Shown: positions 55,862 to 64,000 of the stretch, piece after piece
Layout of the letters: each line of letters starts with the position of its first letter
How positions within the stretch are numbered: position 1 is the first letter of the stretch
Source: Pseudomonadota bacterium
GTDB lineage: Bacteria; Desulfobacterota; SM23-61
Direction: 5' to 3'
NCBI GenBank assembly: GCA_018819135.1
Contig: JAHJQK010000075.1
Span: forward strand, 236 to 64,235
Length of the DNA: 64,000 nt
Translations under genes and position numbers: made by a program
The notes under the pieces: generated by a model
What the model was told of the DNA's origin: nothing
What the model saw: only the letters and a program-made list of their open reading frames with translations
Database searches by the model: none

Positions 55862-56929
55862 ATGGAAGAAAAAAAAGTACTACCGAAAAAGCTATCGATG
55901 TCCAACACGAAGCAGGAGATGATGGAGGCGTATCAAGGGGCGCTGAAATTATTGGAAGAAAAGAGAGAAACCGAACTGAAACCGGAAAAGAAACTCGAAG
56001 AGAAGAAAGCCAAAGAAGTTGTGCAGGTGGCCGATTCCCTTTCCTCGGAGGGAGTGGGGAAAGAGATCAGCGGCCTAAAGAGCGAAATCGGCAAAATGCT
56101 CACCCAGATTGCCGATAAAATGGAGGAAGAAGTCAATAAGTTCAAGGCCATTCAGAAAGCCATCGAATTGAAGGAAAAAGAGCTGCAGGAACTTTATGAT
56201 ATTGAAAAATCAGCCATGACCCTGGCGGCCTTGATCGAGACGCAGAGTCAGAAACGCCAGCAGTTTGAAGCCGATATGGCAGCCCGGAAGGAAGAATTAA
56301 GCCAGGAAATCGAGAACCTTCGTTACGAGTGGGCCAAAGAGAAAAGCGATTACGAGGCGGAGATCAAAGAGCGAGACCTAACGGAAAAGAAAAAGCGAGA
56401 GAGGGAAAAGGAGGAGTACGAGTATTCCTTCAAGCGCCAGCAGATGTTGGCCAAGGACAAGTTTGAAGATGAAAAGGCGAAGCTGGAAAAAGAAATCCAG
56501 TTGAAAAAATCTCAGATGGAAAGTGAACTGAAAGAACGGGAAAGGGTGATCGCCGAAAAAGAAGAGGAATTAAACGAGCTCAGGAAGAAAGTCAGCCTCT
56601 TCCCCAAAGATCTGGAAACCGCGGTCGGCAAGGCCGTCAAGGAAACCACCGAAAGGTTAAATCTGGAAGCCAAAAACAGGGAAGAATTGCTGAAAAAAGA
56701 ATTCATCGGCGAACGGAATGTCCTGACCACCCGCATCGAGTCCCTGGAAAAAACCGTGAAAGAACAGAGCGCCCAGATTGCCGGCCTCACCCAGTTTCTG
56801 GAAAAAGCCAACCAGAAGGTGCAGGAAATTGCGGTCAAGGCCCTGGAAAGTTCCGCAGCCGCCAAGTCCTTTGCCAGCCTGCAGCAGTTGTTGAATGAAC
56901 AGACGAAAAAAACAGGGCAGGAGAAGTGA
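55862..56929 (+). CDS. K/E-rich coiled-coil protein, function unknown
   Basis: 355 aa. Heptad-like charged sequence throughout; no motif recognised. Confidence 0.6.
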   Translation: MEEKKVLPKKLSMSNTKQEMMEAYQGALKLLEEKRETELKPEKKLEEKKAKEVVQVADSLSSEGVGKEISGLKSEIGKMLTQIADKMEEEVNKFKAIQKAIELKEKELQELYDIEKSAMTLAALIETQSQKRQQFEADMAARKEELSQEIENLRYEWAKEKSDYEAEIKERDLTEKKKREREKEEYEYSFKRQQMLAKDKFEDEKAKLEKEIQLKKSQMESELKERERVIAEKEEELNELRKKVSLFPKDLETAVGKAVKETTERLNLEAKNREELLKKEFIGERNVLTTRIESLEKTVKEQSAQIAGLTQFLEKANQKVQEIAVKALESSAAAKSFASLQQLLNEQTKKTGQEK

Positions 56930-57001
56930 AACCCTTTGAGTAAACAAGTCAAAAATGCTTGGAAATTTATTGACTTGCCGATAATGTAAATAAAAATTGC
57001 T

Positions 57002-57044
57002 CCCCGTTCGACTCGCCGCAAGGCCTCGGGCGGGGTTATTTTTT
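57002..57044 (+). terminator. rho-independent terminator candidate
   Basis: CCCCG...CGGGCGGGG GC-rich hairpin followed by TTATTTTTT. Confidence 0.5.
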
Positions 57045-57196
57045 AAGGAGGGGTAATGCCTGGTGAACCCTTCCACACAATTAGAAGTTTTGTCCTCTAA
57101 AATTCCTGGTCAGAACTTGCTTGACCTGATAGAGAATTTCTTATATATTTCGTATAGATTTTAGAACAATCAGGGGAGAAAAAGAAAGGCCTGTTC

Positions 57197-58015
57197 ATGG
57201 AACACCCAATCTCTAATTCATCTTCAACAGGTATCCTTCCCAGCTATAAGAATCCTCCTGTTAACGAAGTTGTTTGTGGAATTCGATTTCAAACTCCCGA
57301 AAAACTTCGTATCCCCCATGTGGGCCTTCTCTGGGGTAAATTTCGCAAGGATTACCCGAATATCCAACATGCATCGCCGATAGCGGCAGTTCCTGGGGAA
57401 TTGCCCGTAGACAACACAACAGGTCTGCCATTTCAAAGAATGTGGTTTATAAATAATTCAGACGATCAATTGATACAGTTTCAATTTGACCGGTTTTATT
57501 TCAATTGGCGGCGAAGGCAAAATATTTATCCACGATATCCCCATGTCATCAAGAATTTTGAAGGTGTACTGAATGCAGTTTCAAATTTTTTTAATGAATT
57601 TGAACTTGGCGAATTCAAGCCGATTGAGTGTGAACTAAGCTATATCAATCACATCCCTAAGGGTCAGGGATGGAATACAATTGATGATCTCCCCAAAGTA
57701 TTTTCGGATTTCGTTTGGAGGCAAGCAGTGGGGCGGTTCTTGCCTAATCCTATTAACATTGCCTGGCATACAGGCTTTTCTTTACCGGAAAAAAGCGGAC
57801 GTTTGATTGTTAATCTGAAACAGGCTACACGAACTATTGACAAAACCCCATTATTTGTGCTCGAGTTGAAGGCGATAGGAATAGGGGAATCAACGAACAA
57901 AGAAGGTATTCTGAGATGGTTTGACATGGCACATGAATGGATAGTACGAGGATTCACTGATCTAACAACTCCTGAGGTTCAAAGATTATTTTGGGAGCGA
58001 GAAGACAATGCCTGA
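57197..58015 (+). CDS. TIGR04255-like uncharacterised protein (gene 1 of a 3-gene operon)
   Basis: 272 aa. The N-terminus YKNPPVNEVVCGIRF and overall length fit the TIGR04255 family as I remember it. Confidence 0.6.
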   Translation: MEHPISNSSSTGILPSYKNPPVNEVVCGIRFQTPEKLRIPHVGLLWGKFRKDYPNIQHASPIAAVPGELPVDNTTGLPFQRMWFINNSDDQLIQFQFDRFYFNWRRRQNIYPRYPHVIKNFEGVLNAVSNFFNEFELGEFKPIECELSYINHIPKGQGWNTIDDLPKVFSDFVWRQAVGRFLPNPINIAWHTGFSLPEKSGRLIVNLKQATRTIDKTPLFVLELKAIGIGESTNKEGILRWFDMAHEWIVRGFTDLTTPEVQRLFWEREDNA

Positions 58016-58691
58016 AATTGATTTGCTGACTTATGATAGATGGCTTGTGGCCTCACGAAAGGCCAGCACAGCATATGGCAATCGATTTCTTTCCGAGGAC
58101 CCCACAGGAGAGGAACCATATTCCGGAGCATGGAATTTGGAAAGGGGTCAATATCAGCAAAAAAGGCCCTATTCGCTGACCCCAGCCATCGGCCAAGGGA
58201 CCATCGATGATTTAATAAGTGGTTATTTCAAGGTCAAAGATCCATTTACGCAAGCCGATTTGGTTGAGACCGAAGAAGAGCAACTGCAAGAGATAATTTT
58301 TAAGCTTAGGACGTCGCCCTATATTTCTTGTCGGGAAGTGGCCGATAGACTTCTTACATTATTTAATGATGCAAAAGAAGACGATCCTATGAGCATAGGG
58401 ATTGTTCTCGGCTCTCTTCGCAATTTTTATAATTTTTTCCAATTATATACCGACCTAAAATGCCCAAGTATTTCTTTAACGCCTGATAATAATATCTATA
58501 TCTCATGGAGGGCAAAGAAGAATCGAGTGTTTAGTGTGCATTTTCTGCCAAGTGCAGATGTTCGCTTTGTTATTTTTAAGCCTAATGATAGGCATCCAGA
58601 AAAACAAATTCGCCTTTCCGGTACTGCAACGGCTGATATTCTCAAGGAAACGGTACTTCCTTATGGAGTGTGGAGCTGGATCTCAGAATGA
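58008..58691 (+). CDS. hypothetical protein (gene 2 of the operon)
   Basis: 227 aa. Start overlaps the gene 1 stop by 8 nt (ATGCCTGA). No recognised motif. Confidence 0.6.
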   Translation: MPEIDLLTYDRWLVASRKASTAYGNRFLSEDPTGEEPYSGAWNLERGQYQQKRPYSLTPAIGQGTIDDLISGYFKVKDPFTQADLVETEEEQLQEIIFKLRTSPYISCREVADRLLTLFNDAKEDDPMSIGIVLGSLRNFYNFFQLYTDLKCPSISLTPDNNIYISWRAKKNRVFSVHFLPSADVRFVIFKPNDRHPEKQIRLSGTATADILKETVLPYGVWSWISE

Positions 58692-59077
58692 AAGGTGATA
58701 AAATACCTGACCAGCATCACATTGCCCGATATTGCAAACCTACGCATGCCCCAGATGGCCAAATTCAAGCAACCGCTTTCATGTTGAGATTGGGAGAAGA
58801 AAACTTATCAATAAATTGCCTTGAATTGCTTAACTGTTCAGGCAGAGAAAATGAAGTTGCTCAGCTGCAAACGATTTATGCGACGAAACTAAGTGTCGGA
58901 GCTCGTGCAAAAATTGCCGTCCTAAATGTAGGTGAGGTTCGCAACCACGTTTTAGATGAAAGCCCTGATAGGCGAAATCTTAAAGTTCTCCATGACCCGC
59001 AATCTGAAGATCCATCCCACAGCGGAATATATAATTTAAGAGAAGATGATGAATTGATAGCTGAACTGATTCTTTAA
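58688..59077 (+). CDS. hypothetical protein (gene 3 of the operon)
   Basis: 129 aa from an ATG that overlaps the gene 2 stop (ATGA). An alternative GTG lies at 58670. Begins MKGDKIPDQHHIARYCKP... No recognised motif. Confidence 0.55.
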   Translation: MKGDKIPDQHHIARYCKPTHAPDGQIQATAFMLRLGEENLSINCLELLNCSGRENEVAQLQTIYATKLSVGARAKIAVLNVGEVRNHVLDESPDRRNLKVLHDPQSEDPSHSGIYNLREDDELIAELIL

Positions 59078-59126
59078 ACAGTGCGGGAGACTTACAACGC
59101 CCGTTTTTAGTCTTTTAATCCACTCG

Positions 59127-59155
59127 TTGACTCCTTGCCTCCAATTTGTTAGATT
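59127..59155 (+). promoter_or_regulatory. promoter candidate upstream of hsdR (TTGACT-17 nt-TAGATT)
   Basis: Read directly. About 100 nt before the ATG at 59258. Confidence 0.3.
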
Positions 59156-59257
59156 ACCCTCAAGATTGAAATTGTATTTTTTTACAATCCCTATCCGGCA
59201 ATCATTGGTAAAACCTTCAGCCCCCAAGATATAGTTTCCTAATGGCGGAAACACCGA

Positions 59258-60430
59258 ATGAAACCTGAGGAAAAAGCCAGGAAAGAGATTGACAGACAGC
59301 TAAAAATGGCAGGCTGGGAGGTTCAGGATTATAATGAACTCAATCTCGGTGCTTCCCCGGGTGTTGCCGTCCGGGAATTCCCCCTCCAATCCGGCTATGC
59401 CGATTATCTTCTCTTTGAGGATCGAGATCCTGTCGGTGTCCTGGAAGCCAAGCCCCAAGGAACCACCCTGAGCGGGATAGCCGAGCAGAGCGAAAAATAT
59501 TTAGCCAGCATTCCTGAAAGCCTTCCTAAAGTTTCCACTCCTCCCCGGTTTGCCTACGAGTCCACAGGCGTAGAAACTTACTTCCGTGATCTGGCTGATC
59601 CGGATTTCCGGAGCCGGAGAGTATTTTCCTTTCACCAGCCCCAAACATTGAGCGCCTGGCTTGCGGAGGGGGATACTCTGCGAGGGAGGCTCAAAAAGAT
59701 GCCTCCCCTCATCAAAATGGGGCTCAGGGATTGCCAGATTGAGGCCATTGAGAACCTCGAAGAGTCTTTCCACGCTTCCAAGTCCAGGGCGCTCATCCAA
59801 ATGGCCTCTGGAGGGGGCAAGACCTTTACCGCCGTGAGTTTTATCTATCGGCTGATCAAATTTGCCAACGCCAGAAGGGTTCTTCTCCTGGTTGACCGGA
59901 ACAACCTGGGCCGCCAGACCAGAAACGAATTCCAGCAATATGAAACCCCCGACGACCGCCGAAAATTCACAGAGCTCTACAACATCCAGCACCTCACCTC
60001 CAACACCCTCGATCCGGTGAGCCGTGTCTGCATCACCACGATCCAGAGGCTTTTTTCAATGCTCAGGGGCGAGGAGGAATATGACCCTGAGTTGGAGGAA
60101 AAATCCCTCTTTGAAATCCCTTCCGGCGAAGCCCCCAAAGAGGTAGTTTACAACCCAAAGATTCCCATCGAAACTTTTGATTTTATCGTTACGGATGAAT
60201 GCCACAGGTCGATCTATCATCTCTGGCGGCAGGTTCTGGAATATTTCGACGCCTTCATAATCGGGCTGACCGCTACCCCCTCCAAGCAGACCCTTGGTTT
60301 CTTCGATCAAAACCTTGTCATGGAATACAGCCATGAGAGGGCCGTAGCCGATGGGGTCAACGTGGGGTATGACGTTTACCGCATCCAGACCAAGATCACG
60401 GAGCAGGGCAGCAAGGTTGATTCAGGATTT
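59258..60430 (+). pseudogene. hsdR: type I restriction enzyme R subunit, 3'-truncated (about the first 390 aa only)
   Basis: N-terminal nuclease-type region, then helicase motifs MASGGGKT (I), VTDECHRS (II) and GLTATP (III). Helicase lobe 2 and the C-terminal domain are missing, and the ORF tail after ~60430 is out-of-frame hsdS sequence. Confidence 0.75.
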
Positions 60431-60656
60431 TACATTAGCCCAGGAAGTCGAAAAAATTGCCGAACAAACCCTCAAACAATCAGAAAGACTGCGCCAGAGT
60501 ATTTTAAAAACCGCTTTTGAAGGGAAATTGGTTCCGCAAGACCCAACCGATGAGCCAGCTGAAAAGTTATTGGAGCGTATCAAGACGGAGAAAGCCAAGA
60601 AAGAATCGGAAACAAAAGGCAAACGGAAAAAATCAAACCAGATGGAGCTTAAATAG
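60431..60656 (+). pseudogene. hsdS: 3'-terminal fragment of a type I specificity subunit gene
   Basis: The frame-3 reading ...LAQEVEKIAEQTLKQSERLRQSILKTAFEGKLVPQDPTDEPAEKLLERIKTEKAKK is the conserved C-terminal helix and tail of HsdS. No target-recognition domains are present. Confidence 0.65.
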
Positions 60657-62120
60657 ATGGCAAATGAATCCGCTGGTATAGTCCAAAGACTCTGGAATTA
60701 TTGCAACGTCCTCCGGGATGACGGCGTGAGCTATGGGGACTACGTGGAGCAGTTGACGTTCCTATTGTTTCTTAAAATGGCGGATGAGCAGACTAAGCCT
60801 CCTTTCAATAAGCGTTCCGCTATACCCCAGGAGCTTGATTGGCAGAGCCTTTTGAAGAAAGACGGCGATGCCCTGGAAGTTCATTATCGCCATATTCTCG
60901 ATAGCCTTGGAAAAGCCGGAGGGATGCTCGGAATCATTTTCCGAAAAGCCCAAAATAAAATCCAAGACCCAGCCAAATTGAAGCGCCTCATCGAACTTAT
61001 AAATGAAGAAACATGGGTCGGGCTGGATATTGATGTGAAAGGGGAGATTTACGAGGGTCTCCTGCAAAAGAACGCCGAGGACGTAAAGGGCGGCGCAGGG
61101 CAATATTTTACTCCCCGGCCTTTGATCAAGGCGATGGTGGAAGTAACCAGGCCGGAACCAGGGCAAACCATCTGCGATCCTGCCTGTGGAACGGGCGGCT
61201 TCCTCCTGGCATCTCATGATTACCTCTCCAACCCTAAGAACTATTCCCTCGATAAAGATCAAAAAACATTCCTCAAATTCAAAACCTTTAAAGGCAAGGA
61301 TATAGTCGATGGGGTAGCCAGGCTCTGCGTAATGAACCTATTCCTTCACGGCATCGGAGGGGAGGAAAGCCCGATTGAAGTGGGAGATTCACTCATTTCC
61401 GATCCGGGCCATCGATTTGATATTGTTCTTACCAATCCGCCATTCGGGAAAAAGAGCAGTATCACCATCGTAAACGGCGAGGGAAAAGCCGATAGGGAAA
61501 CCCTGGTTTATGAGAGGCAGGATTTTTGGGCCACAACCTCGAACAAGCAACTGAATTTCCTCCAGCACGTCAAAACCATCCTTAAAATCAACGGCAAATG
61601 CGCAATCGTGGTTCCGGACAACGTCCTGTTTGAGGGTGGAGCGGGAGAAACAGTCAGGAAGAAGCTCTTGGCTGAATGCGACGTTCACACCCTCTTGAGG
61701 CTTCCTACGGGTGTTTTTTATGCCCAGGGCGTAAAGGCCAACGTCCTTTTTTTTGCCCGAAAAGAAGCCAGGGAAAAACCTTGGACAGAAAGACTGTGGA
61801 TATATGATCTAAGAACCAATAAGCACTTCACCCTCAAAACAAACCCGCTCCGATACGATGACCTACAGGATTTCATCAAATGCTACAACCCCAAGAACCG
61901 TTTCGATCGAAAGGAAAACGACCGCTTTAAGTCATTTTCGTATGACGAACTGATGCAGAGGGACAAGGTGAGCCTGGATATATTCTGGCTTAAAGACGAA
62001 AGCCTCGAAGACTCCGAAAACCTCCCAGCCCCAGACCTGATCGCCGCCGACATCGTTGAAAACTTAGAATCCGCCCTGGAACAATTCAGCGGTATTTATG
62101 AGAATTTGACAAATAAATGA
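60657..62120 (+). CDS. hsdM: type I restriction-modification N6-adenine DNA methyltransferase subunit
   Basis: 487 aa. HsdM N-terminal domain (LWNYCNVLRDDGVSYGDYVEQLTFLLFLKM), DPACGTGGFL and NPPFG. Confidence 0.9.
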   Translation: MANESAGIVQRLWNYCNVLRDDGVSYGDYVEQLTFLLFLKMADEQTKPPFNKRSAIPQELDWQSLLKKDGDALEVHYRHILDSLGKAGGMLGIIFRKAQNKIQDPAKLKRLIELINEETWVGLDIDVKGEIYEGLLQKNAEDVKGGAGQYFTPRPLIKAMVEVTRPEPGQTICDPACGTGGFLLASHDYLSNPKNYSLDKDQKTFLKFKTFKGKDIVDGVARLCVMNLFLHGIGGEESPIEVGDSLISDPGHRFDIVLTNPPFGKKSSITIVNGEGKADRETLVYERQDFWATTSNKQLNFLQHVKTILKINGKCAIVVPDNVLFEGGAGETVRKKLLAECDVHTLLRLPTGVFYAQGVKANVLFFARKEAREKPWTERLWIYDLRTNKHFTLKTNPLRYDDLQDFIKCYNPKNRFDRKENDRFKSFSYDELMQRDKVSLDIFWLKDESLEDSENLPAPDLIAADIVENLESALEQFSGIYENLTNK

Positions 62121-62466
62121 GATTGCCGAGAAGGCAAGATGTTTCAACTGGCATAATCCCGTCGTTGAGAAGAAGACATGTTGGAAGAAAGGTTGGGGTC
62201 ACATCTTCAGATGTCATTTAAAGTTCGATTTTGTTCTAACGTTATTTGATCCAAGTTATCCACACTTCGGGCCGCCGATATCTTTGGGTGTATCGGCTTA
62301 AATCTCTTTGGTCTCTACCTCTCTTTAAAAAAATTAAATCGGGACCATGCTTGGCAGTTGAGTATGACCTCGCCCACGATGAACTTGGCTACATCCTCGG
62401 ATCAAGGAGGCGAAACGAATTTATGGATTGCTCTTTGTTCCCAATAAAGGTACAATTGTACCCATA

Positions 62467-63087
62467 ATGAGTTCGATGGATTTATCAGCCGCATTGTTCG
62501 GAAAGACGCGTAGAGCGGTTTTGGCTCTCTTTTATACCAATCCGGACGAATCTTTCTACTTACGCCAAGCCATCCGGGCTATCGGCCTCGGCCAGGGGAC
62601 TGTGCAAAGGGAACTTACCCGCCTTACAGAGGCAGGCTTGTTGGTTCGCTTCGTCAAGGGCCATCAGGTTTATTATCAGGCGAACCGTCAGTCGCCGATC
62701 TTTTCCGAAATGAAGTCGTTGATCGTCAAAACCGCCGGTGTGGGCGATATCTTGAGAGTGGCGTTGAACGATTTTCTGGATCGGATTCTCTTGGCCTTCA
62801 TCTATGGTTCCTTGGCCGCTGAAACTCATAAGGCAACAAGCGACGTGGATTTAATGGTCGTGGGGGATCTGTCCTTTGCCGAGATTGCCGCAGCTTTGCA
62901 TCCGGCTCAAGAAAAACTCAGCCGGGAAGTGAACCCGACCGTTTATTCGATAGCGGAGTTTCGAAAAAAACTGCAAACCGGGCATCATTTTATAAACACG
63001 GTTATCCGAGAACCAAAGATCTTTCTGATCGGAGACGAGGGTGAGCTTAAGAAGCTGGGCGCAAAACGGCTGGCTGATAGAGCATAA
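62467..63087 (+). CDS. winged-HTH + nucleotidyltransferase-domain protein (MNT-type antitoxin candidate)
   Basis: LFGKTRRAVLALFY...GTVQRELTRLTEAGLL is the wHTH. YGSLAAETHKATSDVDLMVVG is the GS...DxD motif. Confidence 0.7.
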   Translation: MSSMDLSAALFGKTRRAVLALFYTNPDESFYLRQAIRAIGLGQGTVQRELTRLTEAGLLVRFVKGHQVYYQANRQSPIFSEMKSLIVKTAGVGDILRVALNDFLDRILLAFIYGSLAAETHKATSDVDLMVVGDLSFAEIAAALHPAQEKLSREVNPTVYSIAEFRKKLQTGHHFINTVIREPKIFLIGDEGELKKLGAKRLADRA

Positions 63088-63484
63088 AACAAGCGCCGGA
63101 GAAATTGCCGACCTTTTGCGCGTCGCCGAGCGGGACCTGGAAGACTGCCGGACTCCCGGCCTGAGCGCCGATTGGCAGTTGGGCATCGCCTACAATGCGG
63201 CCCTCCAGGCGGCCACGGCCGCATTGGCTGCCAGCGGCTACCGGGCATCGCGCGAAAGGCAGCACTACCGCGTCATCCAGAGCCTACCATTTACGATCGG
63301 CGTTCATGCCGATTTCGTCATGCAGCTCGATCAATTCCGCAAAAAACGCAATATCAGTGATTATGAAAGGGCTGGGGCCATATCGGATCTGGAGGCAAAA
63401 GAAATGATTGGTTTGGCGCATAAGCTAAACCAGAAGGTAAGGGATTGGCTGAAATTGAACCATCCGCAGCTTCTGAAGGACTAA
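63041..63484 (+). CDS. HEPN-domain protein (toxin candidate; GTG start, 47-nt overlap with the upstream gene)
   Basis: 147 aa, all-helical, with ...LDQFRKKRNISDYE... as a HEPN-type core. Paired with the NTase gene. Confidence 0.6.
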   Translation: MSLRSWAQNGWLIEHKTSAGEIADLLRVAERDLEDCRTPGLSADWQLGIAYNAALQAATAALAASGYRASRERQHYRVIQSLPFTIGVHADFVMQLDQFRKKRNISDYERAGAISDLEAKEMIGLAHKLNQKVRDWLKLNHPQLLKD

Positions 63485-63680
63485 CCAAAACAAAGGGATC
63501 TGATCTCAACATTCAACAGATTTGATCCCTGAGATTCCTATTTCAAAATGTCCGCCAGCAAGGATTTTTTCAAGCGAAAAAGCCGGTCGCAATCCGATTT
63601 TGGGCAAGGTCATGGGTATCTTCGGCAACAGGATACAAATTCTTTTTTAAAAGAATCGCTCAAGCTGGGTTAATGGGGTT

Positions 63681-64000
63681 TTGTGGTCCCACATAAACTG
63701 CTTGACTATCTCCGGCAAAAGCCTTTGCAATCAGGTTAAAACTCTGCTGGAAGGACTGCCCAAAGAAGCTCTGGATTGGCGGCCGCTTGATGGCCAGGGA
63801 GAAATGGCCACGAACTCCCTGGCCGTCATGACGATCCACCTGGCGGGTTCGGAAGCTTTTTGGATGAAAGAGATAATTGGAAGGCAATCCATCCATCGTG
63901 ACCGGGATGCTGAGTTTGTCGCCAAAGGGCTGGGTTTTTCGGAACTGATAGCCAAATTAGAAACAGGCGCAAAGGATACACCGCCGATTCTGTCATCCCT
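63681..64000 (+). CDS. DinB/YfiT-like (DinB_2) protein, partial, running off the window; start uncertain
   Basis: The frame-3 reading ...LLEGLPKEALDWRPLDGQGEMATNSLAVMTIHLAGSEAFWMKEII... is typical of DinB_2. No ATG in frame; TTG at 63681 is the first candidate. Confidence 0.5.
   Translation, partial: MWSHINCLTISGKSLCNQVKTLLEGLPKEALDWRPLDGQGEMATNSLAVMTIHLAGSEAFWMKEIIGRQSIHRDRDAEFVAKGLGFSELIAKLETGAKDTPPILSS

Noticed and set aside
59036-59254. A 72-aa minus-strand ORF lies between the three-gene operon and hsdR.
   Set aside because: It has no SD or motif and overlaps the 3' end of gene 3 and the hsdR promoter-like region. It is probably spurious.
62262-62270. A perfect DnaA box, TTATCCACA, downstream of hsdM.
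   Set aside because: It is a single isolated 9-mer with no neighbouring boxes or AT-rich unwinding element, so it is most likely a chance occurrence.

Overview
A 64-kb chromosomal segment, roughly 45-50% GC by eye. The core gene order is mnmG-rsmG-parA-parB-bactofilin-atpF'FHAGDC and rho-rpmE-DUF1385-prfA-prmC-murA-hisD. This order resembles Geobacter-like or Desulfobacterota genomes, but that is only a taxonomic guess. Two accessory regions stand out. (1) The left end (1-5008) looks like an integron-type gene-cassette array; the window starts inside it and contains no integrase. It has four co-directional single-ORF units separated by attC-like sites. Each cassette's R'' box is the reverse complement of that cassette's own first bases. 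The cargo is a DUF4062 protein, a Zn-ribbon/HEPN-like/TIR protein, a UG/Abi-like reverse transcriptase (one frameshift in an A7 run) and a small 3-TM protein. This looks like a bank of candidate anti-phage modules. (2) The right end (57.2-63.5 kb) is an island holding a tightly overlapped three-gene operon of unknown function (a TIGR04255-like protein plus two orphan proteins). Next to it are a decayed type I R-M locus (truncated hsdR fused to an hsdS tail, intact hsdM) and a wHTH-nucleotidyltransferase/HEPN pair. Between these regions lie vapBC, an IS4 fragment, an RND efflux pair, hepT/mntA, several transporters, tRNA-Sec, a sirtuin, an IS1182-family element, argH, a more GC-rich Ni/Co ECF transporter operon with an outer-membrane barrel, and two consensus parS sites flanking mnmG-rsmG. 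Several families of dispersed intergenic repeats are present, notably 10-bp-phased ATCTGYG triplets. Several genes, including essential atpH, carry single frameshifts, some of them in homopolymer runs. Assembly indel errors must be excluded before calling any of them a pseudogene.
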